Source of the DNA: Balanoglossus misakiensis
Lineage: Eukaryota > Animalia > Hemichordata
Assembly: GCA_040954595.2 (NCBI GenBank)
Contig: CM082579.2
Location: 8,979,625 to 9,043,624 of the forward strand
Length of the DNA stretch: 64,000 nt
Direction of reading: 5' to 3'
The notes beneath the pieces are model-generated. The model was not told the DNA's origin and made no database searches. It worked only from the letters and a program-made list of their open reading frames with translations. Positions 1 to 13,539 of the stretch are shown here, piece by piece (the stretch's first letter is position 1; the number at the start of each line of letters is the position of its first letter). A program made the translations under genes and the position numbers.

Positions 1-586
1 AATCTGTTTACTTCGTGTCCGGACGAGGTCTCAGCCAAGAAGTTAATCAAGCATGTCACGGTGAAGCAAACGGGTATAGTCATCGGTCTTCAGACATGTC
101 CTTGACCCGGCGAAAAGTGAACTTTGCATATCAACAGACTTCACTTTTGCGCATCACTGATCACTTTCCATTCGCATATACACAAACACGGGGGGGGGGG
201 GGATTGCACCTTACATGTTAACAAGTGGATACTACAGTAGTAGTTTACCACGAACAGGTCTAACCGATTTGGGCATGCGTATTCGATACTGCCGATGGTA
301 TCGCCCATAGTAAAGCGTCGGCCACCTGGCTGCATGGTAAGTTATGCACAGTATAGAAAAGAAAACATTAATGCAAGACCAAATTCGAAAAAAAAATCAA
401 AACTTGGAAGTGAGAATTCGTCCCTTGCATCAACACTTCCCTTGATGTAATGGCGTACCCCGTACCTGCATGTTGTGAGTTAAATATTCCTGTTTTTTAC
501 AATACCAACGCACGAGAAAACGGGCAAACGGGAATCTTCTGACGTACAAAAGAGTGAGTTAATTGTCCATATACTTGTATCTTCAG

Positions 587-3500
587 GAGCATCTGCTCAG
601 GTTCTACAAGAGCCCGGTATACTGCTGACGTCGCTCAGTTATGATGGCGAGTCGCACCTGATGTATATTCCGGGCAGCGGAGAGCACATCTACACGGACA
701 CATCAGGTGGCGGTACCGTTGGCGTCAGCATACTGCTCTCGGACGCTGGCTCCATCAAAGCAGGAGTCGCTGTCGACCACGAGGACGATTTGGTCTTCTG
801 GGCAGATCCCGCCATGAAAGCCATCTACGCGGCGTCCCTGGAAACGGGAAATGGCGGAGCAATTTACAGGGGCATCTCGGACTTGGTGGAGGGTATCGCC
901 GTGGACTGGACAGCCAACAAACTGTACTGGACGGACGCGTCCTACAACTGGATTGCCGTGTCCGACTACGACGGCGAAAATGTCCGGACGCTGGTCCACA
1001 CCGGCCTGGACAAGCCCCGAGGAATTGTCGTGGACCCGATACGTGGGTAAGTCTCGAATGCGGCGTTCAGACGCCGTGTCAACGGAGCAGAATCATTAGT
1101 ATTGATTTAAATGGTCAATAGTGACCATTACTACAATAAACACGTTTTCTTTATCGATATAATGTTGTACTTTGGCAATACCCAGGGTTGATTATTATCC
1201 AACTCCAGCTTTTGATCGAAAATCCTGGTCACGTTCGCATATATATATTTAATGCTGTCATGTTTGCTGAAACAAATGAATTATCGTTTTATCACATATG
1301 CTCCCCGCTTACCGCGTTCATAGACCCTAGAGAAAGATCTTTCCCCTACATTGCGTCACCATTCTATGAGACGCGTGCATAAGTTACCACCACTGTGTCA
1401 TTAAAAACAGTATACGTGTAGTAACTGAAACACACATCCGCCATATACGTTCGCAAACTTGCTTGTGATATAAAATTCAGAACACATGCAGTGTTCTTGC
1501 CTTGGAAGTTCTTCGACGTGACCAAACCCCCATAGAAATAAACGTCATTGCAAATACAGATGAACAGTGAGAAAGAGCGCGAGTCACAGCTTCCGCATTC
1601 ACGCAGACATAATTACATAACAACAATTAACTACTACATGTATTTACATCACAATAAGTAAGGTATTCACCATTCCTTTATTTACAGTCATTTGTATTGG
1701 TGTGACTATGGGTTAATCGGAAGAATAGAGAAAAGCAATTTGGACGGTGGTGATCGACAGACAATCGCAAGTCAGGACATGGACAACGATAACGTATATG
1801 CGCCCCATGGACTAGTCATAGACTTCGAGGAAAGTAGGTAAGTTACTGAAGATATTACCGAACGAGGGCGCCTTCGACCCAGTAGACTTGTTCTGAATCA
1901 AATCGAACTTGTCTTTCATATGCACAGGTTGTACTGGACTGACAGCACCTTAAAGAAGATCATGTCCGTGGGCCTGGATGACGATGTCTATACAGTCAGA
2001 GAGGTTCTGGAGGAGAGCACATTTAGGTTGCCGTTCGATATTTCCTTGGATCGGGTGAGACTTGATCATATTTTTGCAGAATTAAAGTATTATATTGAGT
2101 GCGATTCACAATTGCTCATCCAATAATCGTTTTACTGTTGGAGTTGACTTCATTGTCAATTTTGTGCACATCAAATAGAAAATATCAAATTGTGTAAGTG
2201 TCAGTCGAGGCACTGTGTTAATGTTCACCAGCCACGCCCATTTGTCTGTCTAGTAGAAACAACGGGTTTGCCGCCTTCGACACGCAACCTAGTTCTCCAG
2301 TGGACCATCATTCAACGGATAGCCGTCACACGTCAATTTAAGATAACGAAATATTCACTTCTCTTTGTATAATTTCAGGATTATTTCTTTGTTGGCGACT
2401 TCATAACCGAAAACGTTTGGATCATCCAGAGGGCCAATACAGCGAACAGAATTGCGATCAAGATATCCACTTTACAACAAAAATTTCGACCTCTTGGAAT
2501 GACGTGTTATTCTGCCTGGCTCCAGCCGACAGCACACAGTAAGTCGTTAAAGGAAGACGAATTTAGGTTTAGACTTTGGGATACGTGAACTATTTGGTGT
2601 TGATGGTCCCGCATAAGGCACACATTCTATACGCAGATACTTTATCAATGAAATTTCTTGTTCTTGTAGGTCCTTGCTCGAACAACAACGGAGGATGTCA
2701 GCATTTGTGTGTCGGTGACCCGAACGGTCATAAATGCCTCTGCAAACACGGGTTTGTTGTCGCCTCTGACAGCAGCAGCTGTGTTAATGGTAAATTATAA
2801 TCATTATCACTTCGGGAACTTGCCAAATCTGGTGAATGTGGTTTTCATCATCTTTTCGGTTATACTCATTTCTGCCTGTATTTGTGTCTGCGTCACCCTT
2901 ATCTCAAGAACTGCGTGTATACGCAGTGTGACCTCTGCTATGGTTAACTAGTTGATACCGATTAAACTCAAAACTACAAAATCTAGTTAAAACATACCAT
3001 CACTTATTGAAATTTAGTTCCCTGTCATAGACTTGCGTGCAACTGTGCGCCATTGGGTTTAACACTGAAGACATCATGTACACAAATCCGCAATAATATG
3101 TGTTCTCCAACTCGGTTTTACTGCAACATGAATGTTAATGAAACTCTACACTCATGATTAAATCATATTTCTTATAGATACCCACCTGGTTCCTGGCCAC
3201 CAAGTATTGTACTCGACTGATAACTCTATATGTCGCCTGCCTGTTGATTTCGCTCATTCGTATGTGCCTGTAACCGAACACTGCTTTATAAGTGGAATAC
3301 ACGCCACGGCGATGGACTATCATTACTACCAAGACATGTTGTATTTTCATGACACGGCCAGTGCAACGATCCAGAGGGCTGTGCTTCGTGATGACCCTAG
3401 CTTTGAAAGCGTAGTAACTGACGTTACAAGTGTTTCTGGTATGTTTATAACTCATATGGTTGATGACCTAACGAATATATGCAAATATAGGCCTATTATC

Positions 3501-6500
3501 ACGTTGCCCTGTATTGTGAAGTCATGAAAATTTTGGCGGAAAACTTCAGTGTGATGGTCGAAGCGCAAATAAGACGCATAACATGTGTGTGTGTGTGGGG
3601 GGGGGGGGGGTATAAACAAATGATGAAAGTATGGCAGCTTGCAGATTTACCATCATCAATTTTATAACAGTAAAAACAATGTGAGAAAGACTGAACGAGT
3701 TCTGTAAGGTATAACTACAAAGACTGAAGTAACACTTAACGATGCAATTCCTGTTACAGGAATAGGGATCGACTGGCTGGCCAACAATCTGTACTGGGCA
3801 GATTCAGAACGGAAATCTATTTACATCTCTAAATTGGATGGTTCTTACAAGACGGTCCTTCTGTCGGAGAACATCGAGGAACCGCGGGGAATAGCCGTAC
3901 ATCCCGTTGAAAAGTACGTTTCGCTTGATGCGTGAATTAGTCCTGTAGATCTGGGTTCGAAAATCCTACATTGGCATTGTCAATATTTCCGCAAGAAAAC
4001 AAATTACTTTGGGATTTCTTTTTTTTATCAATTACAACAAAGCATGTTATTTATGCATTAAATTATTATCAAGTAAACGCAATCTACACACATGTAGTTT
4101 TTTTGTTGATAAATGAAAATTAGGTTAATAGAACTTAAATAACTATATAGTCAGCAAGTTTGAAATAATGTTATTAAAGTGTCTTGTTTTTTACGGACTA
4201 CAATTTAGGTTACTGTTTTGGGCTGACAGTGGATCGACTCCTCGTATCGAAAAATCCGCTCTGTCTGGACGCCAACGAGCTGTTTTTGTCTCTACAAGCA
4301 TCGTCGCACCCAGTGCTCTAACTATGGACCACATCAATAACAGGTTTGCCAACAATTTAAAGCAGCTGTACTTGGCCACATAACCAAGCACGCCTCGAAC
4401 GATACTTAATGTGTTGTACATCATCCATTCAAAACCAGAAAACATTGCCTTTTGTGGATCGTTGGATTTTTAATGGAGATGGCACAGTGAAGTTAAATGC
4501 ATTAAACCCCTATAGAAACTCCAGGTTTGCTGTGACAGATTATACGTAATGATGCACTGTTTACCATGCATGGTTAGCATCAGTGTACTACGAAGTAACA
4601 ATAATGCTGTAGTATACATGTATATTCATGGAGGTAGGAACACTCTGCGCTAAAATTGACAGGCTAGCAATTGTGCCGTGGGACATGCCTTTTAATTCTG
4701 CTATTAACATTTTGATTGGTTTCCTCTTTGGCAGATTGTATTGGGTAAATGTCTTCGGCTTGTCCGATAGTAGTACCATCGAATCCATAGGTATAAATGG
4801 TGAACAACGAACAATTGATTGGTTAGCTCCTAGTGAGGTGTATGGACTTACTGTGTTTCAGGTAGGTTACATTGATATTGTTGTGTTATCACTGAAATGG
4901 TTTATTTTAATGAAGTGTCAAAAGTCAGCTTGACCCAGTCTGTGCTAATGCCTGTGCTTGGCCTGAAGGTATTTCGTGTTTTGCTACATGTAAGATTACC
5001 TGTATGTTATACATGTAGTTATATAACTTCAAATAATAGGAGTCGACATAGATATAAGAGTGAAGTTTGTTTGAATCACTCGATAGGATCATCTGTACTG
5101 GACTGAGTCCAACGGCATCGTCGACTTCAGCCATGTGGCAGGCGAATTTAAGGACAGAAAACACTTGGAACACACTCCGTCTGCGGTTTTGGCTTTTGAC
5201 AAATCGAAGCAGACGTTGGCAGCAGGTGAGGAACGCCTTAATTGAACCGTCGAACGAGGTCTTATTTTGTATATGTATATACACCATTGGGACCTTATGG
5301 GATCGGTTGCGTCTGTCTGTCTGTCTGTCTGTGGTGACGATGATCTTTCGTGTCTTCGTTTATGTCAGGACCATGCGACGTACACAATGGCGGGTGTGAC
5401 GAAATCTGCGTACCCTCTATGTACGGCGCGGAGTGTCTGTGCAGTGAGACGCAAAGTCAGCCGTGTGCAGTCGGTAAGTCCCTTACTCGTGTGTGTATTG
5501 TTTACCTAGAAAGATGAACAGAACTACCACCAATTATGTATAAGCTCTGCCAGCATATGAACTCCGGTTTCCGTAATTTCGTTTTGAAGAAGACTGTCCA
5601 TCACGAGCAGCGATTTTGCTGTGAGCCGTAAGATATCTTAGATTCATTGGAAACACTTCTTTACTTCCAAAATAACAGTTGCACGATGCCCGGTGCGATT
5701 CATGTACGGGGAGACAACGGATGGCTGTGTAAATACCCCGGGAAACTCGTGCCAATTTACGTGTGACGACCACTTTGAACCCAGCACTGCAGCCAGTCTC
5801 GTCTGCCAGTCGACCGGAGAATGGGACTTAGACACAGCTTCATTGTGCAGATTGGGTGAGTCGTTTGCATTGTTTTTAATGGACGGAGACACACACGGCT
5901 ACCATCGACATTAAGCGTAACCCAAACAACACAACCTGGCGGATATTCAGAGAATTTGTGGTGATGGCGAATCTCAATTTCTAGACTCGGCAATCTTTCC
6001 CGCCTATATATTTACTGTGAATGACACGAATTGCATTGTGTTTGCATGATTAGTCATCTTTCTTTGGTATTAAACTAATAAGCGCTTGAATGCATTCATT
6101 CATGCAGATATCAGACTGGGAAACTTCCTACTCGTCGCTGATACCTCGGAAACCGGTTCAGGTACAATCTACCACGTCAACCTCGACTCTCCAATGCTGG
6201 ACTATGTGCCGCTTCCGCTGACCGATATCCTCAATCCCGTTGCCCTGGACTACGACCCTGTCGATGGAAAAGTCTACTGGACCGACGTGGTCGCGAAAAC
6301 TATCAACAGAGCAAAACTGGATGGCCACGATCGTGAAGTCATTGTCGCTACAAATGTCGATGGTATGTGTAGATTGAGGTGTTACTGATAAGGGGCACAA
6401 TTAGAAGCTCGTGACATGACATAAAACTCGTCTGTCTATACAGTGACATCAATTTATAACCTTCTGAATTGGTTGTGTATTTCTGCAAAATCAATATACA

Positions 6501-8629
6501 TGAACCACTATGCTCTTGCATAAGAAATGCACTGGGAGATGTATATGTATATACCACCAGCATCAGAACCAATAATCTATGTAAAGACCACAATAAAATT
6601 GTATAGTTTTGTCTTCCGCTTGCAGTTCCAGACGGCATCGCGATTGATCTCGTCGGAAGAAAGGTCTACTGGACGGATACTGGACTCGATCGTATATCGA
6701 GAGCTGATTTGGATGGAAGTGATATTCAAAGCATTGTGCACTACGACCTCGATGAACCGCGGGCAATCACGGTTGACAGTCTAAACAGGTCTGTTCTAGA
6801 AATAATATTAGTTCATGCCCTTTACGTGTACCGATAATAAAGGATTTCCCGCTCATTGCGAGCTCTCTTATTCGTGCGGTTTACTTAATAACGTGTGTAA
6901 AATGGAACCGGTGTCCTTTTTTAACAGTCGCATATACTGGACCGACTGGGGAACAGCACCAAAAATTGAACAAGCTAATTTGGATGGTAGTGGGAGACGG
7001 ACAATCGTATCCACCGATTTGGGATGGCCGAATGGTCTGGCGCTGGACAGCAGTGGTACGTTTTGATTCGTATTATCGTGTTGCAATAGAGTTAGTGTCA
7101 GTATGCACGTGACTAAACACTGCGGTAAAGTGATATGCGAATGCTTGGACCGGCTATAACCAGGCTGTGCTTATTATTTCGAGGTCACTGACGCGGTGTC
7201 AGCCTAATCATTTTGGGCTTGAATGATCAGACTGTTGGAAAATGTCCTGCACACACGTTTCCTAACCGGTTGAATACTCCTCGACTTTCTTGTTTCAGCC
7301 GAGGAACTTTTCTGGTGCGATGCCCAGACTGATCGCATCGAAGTTATTCACTTGAGTACGAATCAGCGCCGCGTGCTCGTGGTACTCGCGGACGCCCATC
7401 CCTTCGGGTTAACACTGGGGGGCGACGAGTACATCTACTGGACGGATTGGAGCAAAAACCAGGTGCAACGCGCTGACAAAGACAGCGGATACAACGTCAT
7501 CGGTGTGGGCTACCCGGTGTTTGAGAAACCTCACGGTCTCCAAGCCGTTTCAATGCCTCTGACAACAGGTATGTGCTGAACTGTGCTTCTATTTTTGTGT
7601 ACGTTTTAAACAGCTCTGTTTAGTTTTTTTAGTGAGATGTATGTTTGTGTGAGTTGCAGAGTTTTACATTGCAACAATACATGCTTGATGACGATGACGC
7701 TCTGACATCCTTGTTTGATACGCATAATTTATCATCGATATTCTCAATGCGTCTAATATTTCCGTTCAAACGCCTTCTGACAAAACAACCGAATCATCGC
7801 CACGATTGCCAACAGGTGAGCCGACACCTGTCGCCAGTAAACCGGCAACAGCCACGCAAATATCGGCGCCAAATACAGGGCGGGGTCCGCCAACCAATTG
7901 GACTGTGATTGGAGCAGTCGTGGGCGCCGTTGTACTATTAGGTGTTGCTCTGGCGGTAATCTGCACAATTTTCTGCAGGTAGGTCCCCATTACATTATTT
8001 CAGTTCTTTCAAAAGTCTGCCACAAGAACACCAATAACATCGACGCTGAGAGAAAAAAAGTTTTAGTGTAGGAGACGCCGGTCAACATTTGTAACAACAC
8101 TACACTATATACTGGGACACGGGGGACTCGATTGCTTGTATGCTATCATTCAAAATTAAACCAGATTCATTTTTAGCCACAATGATATAGCCACCTAGTG
8201 CGCGTGCGCATACTGGTACGTGTTAAATTATCGCATGAATTCATATACCAAGAATTATGCTATTTTTCTCGAATACATGTATATGGCATAGCGACTTAAG
8301 GCTATGTTGATTTTTTCCTTTTTCAATTTACGTCCAGGCGGCGGAACACAGAAGTGCCCAATGGATCCTTGGCTGATCACATTTATTGTGAACCGGACGA
8401 GGTGCTACAGAGCTCGAGACAGTCAAATAAGCATGGTCTCGAACTTGGTGACGGTGATGGTAGACCGTCAGCGCCCCCAGCGCCCAGTCCATTAGTTACA
8501 TTTGAACCGGAATCGGATTATGCCTCGCTCAGGCTGGGGCCCCAGCGGAACACGTACTCGCAGTCGGCTGTCTCGGGTTCGTGGGACCCTCGACAGCCAA
8601 CCACGGCATTTCAAATGCAGGGGTTGTAA
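587..8629 (+). CDS. LRP-like type I membrane receptor (3 YWTD beta-propellers, 2 EGF, 1 sushi/CCP, TM, cytoplasmic tail); ~18 exons; signal-peptide exon not located
   Basis: GT-AG exons, e.g. 587-1046 ([14 protein letters not shown]), 1688-1837, 1928-2054, 2670-2789 ([15 protein letters not shown]), 3178-3438, 3760-3913, 5369-5473 (EGF), 5679-5855 (sushi), 6108-6362, 6625-6788, 6928-7055, 7299-7568, 7816-7978 ([26 protein letters not shown]), 8338-8629 (stop TAA). The first visible exon starts ASAQ, like a signal-peptide cleavage site. Some internal boundaries are approximate. Confidence 0.88.
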
Positions 8630-9348
8630 ATGCTGAGTGCAATCCTTACGCACGCGCACGGGACGCGTGTTCCACAAAACTAATCAGACTGAAAAGGGGT
8701 CAAAGGGCAATGAAGTTCATCAAATCCATCACGCGTGCACCGCGGCGCAAAGGTCGACACATGCACTTGGACAGTAAACTTGGTGAAACAATCCATCTTT
8801 CCCAAGTGATCCGATTCGGGTGTACAAAGCCCGTTGAGGTGTTGTACGGGCACATCGCTGGTTTGAATTTGTATTGAGCAAAAATGCAAGTTGCGAAGTC
8901 AGAGTTTTGTCAACGAAAACAATTTTACGCATGACGTCAACCACTTATTTACTAAATTGAATATTTCCCGAATCATTACGTTCATAGCATTAATCCATCC
9001 ATAACACGAATCCGTTTAATTACTAGGGTTAGACGTTTTTATAATTTAAAATCAAGAATGACTGTTAAAATATTTGCAATGTTCCGTATTCTATCTGTTT
9101 ACGTGGTCATTTACATAAAAAGTGGACCCAAATTTCAATATTGCATATAACAGTTTTATGAATTGGGAATGGCGTTTTCTGCCCGGTTTCCTTACTGATT
9201 AACCATATTTAAAAATTAACCCAGGTTTTTGTGATAATAAAACTGGAAGATGTAAAATAAAAATCAGATTGGTACATTATTAGAATGGGGATTTAAAACC
9301 TAAAAAGGTTTTCTAATCGTACATTTGCATGAAACGTTTTAGCAAAAT

Positions 9349-9419
9349 TGCATCGGCCGGGAATCGAACCCGGGCCTCCCGCGTGGCAGGCGAGAATTCT
9401 ACCACTGAACCACCGATGC
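9349..9419 (-). tRNA. tRNA-Gly(GCC)
   Basis: Reverse complement is GCATCGGTGGTTCAGTGGTAGAATTCTCGCCTGCCACGCGGGAGGCCCGGGTTCGATTCCCGGCCGATGCA, followed by a TTTT terminator. Confidence 0.97.
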
Positions 9420-9549
9420 CTTATCGATGTTGATTGAACTGGTTGAATACTGCAAAAATGTCACTTTTTTGTACATTGGCCAATATCGGCTTTAAATCTT
9501 GGTTTCTTGGAGAAAAAAATACAGGATTCGAAAACATATCATCAATGTA

Positions 9550-9900
9550 CTAGGGAGTTCCCACGAAGGTAAATTCAAGCCTGCGACGATGACGGAGTTT
9601 CCAAGCGTTATAAGCATGGTAGACCACGACGATGGCCAGCACAAGCAACGCAACATCAACGAGAATGATTAGACCGGTTATAGCGCCAACACTTGGTCCT
9701 CTCTGTGCCTCGTTCTTCTCATGCTGATGCCCTGATTGAAAGAAAGGGACAAAAATTACGAGTTTCAGTCATAATCTTCAATTCGTATCTAACTGTCTAT
9801 CTGTCCGTCCGTAGGTCCATCCGTCCGTCCGTCATGAATCATAATGCATGCTCTCTCTCTCACTCACTCTCCCCCTTCTCTCTCCCCTTCTGTCTCTGTC

Positions 9901-9936
<36 letters not shown>

Positions 9937-11770
9937 CCCTTCTGTCTCTCTCTAATACAAAATACGCCTTACTTTTCTTGAACGGAGTGTTTTCTGTCAC
10001 GCCTGCTGTTGTCAATGTTTGTTGGCTGGGCTTGGAAACGGGTTTTCTCGTTTGATTGGAAATTGGTTTTCTCGTTTGCCCAGACACTTGCGTCGTTGCA
10101 ACTTTCACTTGCGTCGTTAAGGTTCTCGTGCTGTTCTCTGTGACGTGAAGCGTGGATGTTTCCTCTGACTCTGTATGCGATAGCGGACTTGTCCTTATAT
10201 AGGGAGCTGGTGACGTTGCTTTAGCTGCCAAGGAAAAACAGAGATATCTCCGTTTACTGAATAATCTTGGTTAAAAACTTTGATTTTACTAGTAATGGTA
10301 CCCCCGGTAATTTTATTTCATTGTTTCGATGTTTGAGGCACATTCACTTGGCTTCAATGTACATGTAATGAACTGGTTACTGGTGCGAAAATTTCTATTT
10401 TAATACCTTGTGACAAGGCGCACGATACAGGCAACATATGGTACCGGGGGTTATGACATACGCATGCCATTTAAAACTTTAACCTGGTCTCATCCATCGG
10501 TTGTTCAAAATTCCAATAAAATCGAATATACATGTGCCAACTTACCGCACATTGCATCGGTCTCATTTTGGACAGCCACTTTATTTATTTGAGATTGGTC
10601 GAGTGACGTCCACTCAACCAGGTCACCGCATTCGTTGCCGGAGCAACCAGACAGCCCTTGAACTTCGCTGTCATCCATCATTCTTGACCACATCCTAAAC
10701 TGGGTCATTTCGCCGATGAATCTCTTCGACTTGTCGTAGTGAAACCCGTCACTTTCCTGGCCCAGTGTCAGCCGCCCGACCTTGCTGATCGTGTGACCGC
10801 CGAGGAAGTCTCCAATCTGGAACTCCTGTTCACCGTCGCTGAAGAGTTTCAGGTTCCCCGTGACCCCGCTCCACCCTACACACAGGCGGTGCCACTGTCC
10901 GTCGTCCAACGCCAGGGGCACGAAGACACTTCTGGTTCCGCCGAGAGTGACGGCCGCCTTCTTCGTGCTCCCCATCCTTCGCACGGCGAGGGTCAGCTCG
11001 TTGACGTTCACGGCGGTCGAGTACTGGGCCACGGTTCCCGTCAGTTGGCCGAGGAGGGTCCTGAGCCACACGCACGCGGTAAATTCCTCGACGTCGGCAG
11101 CGAAGGGTTGATAAAGAACGACGTGGCCCTCGCCATCGAAACTTAAGACCTTTCCTTCAAGATACCCGTTGTCGGGACATTTTTCTGCGACCGTGGCTGC
11201 ATGATGAACAGTGGAAATAAAGTGCATTGGTTATACAAACTATACGTGAATTTGACTGCCCAGAAATTGTGTATCACATAATTCCTCGACACGGACAGAG
11301 CGCTACAGATACACTGACAGAAAGACATACGATGTACATATATATAAATGAAGCAGATTCATTTTTCTTTCGTGAACAAATCCTTAAATGACCCGAATTA
11401 AAATTATACTCGTGCATGAACCATCACCGTTGTACCAGCCCTTAGCGTCGGGCCAGGGACGAAACAGTTTTAGGAAATACGTGTAAGTCGCCCCATGCTC
11501 TGGGTAAAACCCAAAATCAAATATAAATCTGTCTTCATCAGTTTTCGGCCATAACAGTAACATGTGTGAGAATGAGTCTAGCTCCCCTAGTATGTGTGGA
11601 AACGTTACGTGTCTACCACGTAGCTGTTCACTAGTATCTATACTAATAGCGTATAGTAAATCAGACAAGAATATACACTTACCATGTGCTAAAATACTCC
11701 AGACAGCTACATTCATGATCAAAATATGAAGGAAAACATAGGTTTTGGACAGGCCGCGATCATCAGCCAT
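9550..11770 (-). CDS. Single-pentraxin, mucin-stalk, type I membrane protein (~390 aa, 4 exons)
   Basis: Exons 11770-11683 (signal peptide MADDRGLSKTYVFLHILIMNVAVWSILAH), 11196-10546 (pentraxin: FTACVWLR, WHRLCVGW, LGQESD, FIGEMTQFRMWS), 10224-9973 (Thr/Ser-rich) and 9731-9550 (TM plus short tail, TAG). Splice phases are consistent. Confidence 0.87.
9851..9952. repeat. (CT)n/(CTGT)n microsatellite
   Basis: Read directly; intronic. Confidence 0.9.
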
Positions 11771-13328
11771 GGTGGTCAAACGATACCAAACGGTGTACGT
11801 CCTGCAGAAGTGTGGTGGTTATGGACGAGTCTTAAAATAGCCGCTTGATGTCATAAACAAAACGTCACCCTTTAATACCCCGGGTAAAATTTGGTAGAGA
11901 CTAGGACACTATACTCGTACTGGGCGGGGGTCAGAATACAGAATATGTCCGCATTATAATCATTATTGCATTGCATGTGTGGTCTCAGTAGTATAGCTCT
12001 ATAGGTCTCATCATCATCATTTTTTGTATTGGTATATTTTCAAAGGCTATCTTTCTATGACCAGAGTAGCCCTGAGGTTGATCACATTCGGTTTCAATGA
12101 ATCGTTACGTATGAAAATAGCTTTATAAGCAACATGTCTCATCCACTAATCATCGTCATCATAATCATGCATATCTATAACTACATAATGTATTTCTGAT
12201 GATTTATCAAAGCCAGGCTGGTAAATTTGATATTTAACCAAAGTGCAGTAGCAATCCGTTCAAATATATAGTAAATGGGTTATACTTAGTGGAGCCAGCC
12301 AGACAAGCAAACGTTCAGTATTATTAAACATCATCACGACCAATTTAAATTTAGCAGCACAATAAAAATCGTTAATGTTAAGTCAGAGTATGTAATTACA
12401 CGGCTTGATTGCAATATTTCATTAAATCTGTAAATATTAATAAACTGTGATTCTGCATGGTAGAACCCCCAAGGAGTGTTGTTGTCCATTTCAGCCAATT
12501 TCAAACATTTATTTCTAAATTAGTGATCGTCGACAGGAACGAAGCAGAAAACAGAAAGGCGGTGCACTGGGCCACCCATTCGGCGACCTGCCCTTTTCTC
12601 AAATAATGAAATATAATAATCTCGCCTCTCGGGCATCTGACACGCACATAACTTGTGTCATTTCTTGTCGACTTATGTTCCCTGGCATCTCATTAGTGTA
12701 CTTCGTCGCATTATTTTATTACTCAACATACTGCAAGTTTATATACCGGCGCACAGATGGTGGTATGCCATAACGCAGAGATCAAAGTGTTTGATTAATA
12801 TAATCCACGGCATGACGTCAGCATGGGCGATTAAATGTTTTAAGTTACGTGCAATGCGGTGGGCTAACAAGTTTGGAATAATATGTGAGCATTGAGGATT
12901 TTGGTATCGCTTACTGTACAGACAGTTTATTTTACACGACAAGTTTCAACAGGATGTCTCATAGTCATATATAATGACAATCTGGAAGGGTATTGGATCA
13001 CCAAAAACACTTTCGAAAATCATTTCGCCGACTCCACGTGGAACTAATGTTTCTTTTGTCATGCAAGTTACCGTACCGGTTTACTTCGAACTTTTTGAAG
13101 CGACATCAACTCGTTGTATTAATGATCTGAGCGATCTATCGGTCTGACCGTCAACTGAAATTAGGGCGCCCCTAGGAGATAATTTATTGTTCCCGACTTC
13201 TCGTATTTCTCGTTAACGTGGTGACCTGGATTTACCGCCTTGGATCTTCTCTATAAACACTAGTCCGACGTGAACAGTGACATGTCGGGAAAGGCGTCGG
13301 ACAGATCATATGTCATTGCGCGCACTTA

Positions 13329-13411
<83 letters not shown>

Positions 13412-13506
13412 ATGTATGTATGTATGTATGTATGTATGTATGTATGTATGTATGTATGTATGTATGTATGTATGTATGTATGTATGTATGTATGTATGTA
13501 TGTATG

Positions 13507-13535
<29 letters not shown>
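13329..13535. repeat. Compound microsatellite (TGTC)n(TG)n(TATG)n
   Basis: Read directly; the source of the spurious MYVC/HTYI ORFs. Confidence 0.97.

Positions 13536-13539
<4 letters not shown>

Noticed and set aside
587-8629. Assigning the symbol LRP4, LRP5 or LRP6
   Set aside because: There are no LDLa repeats, no NPxY and no reiterated PPPSP motifs, and a sushi domain is present; orthology is unsupported.
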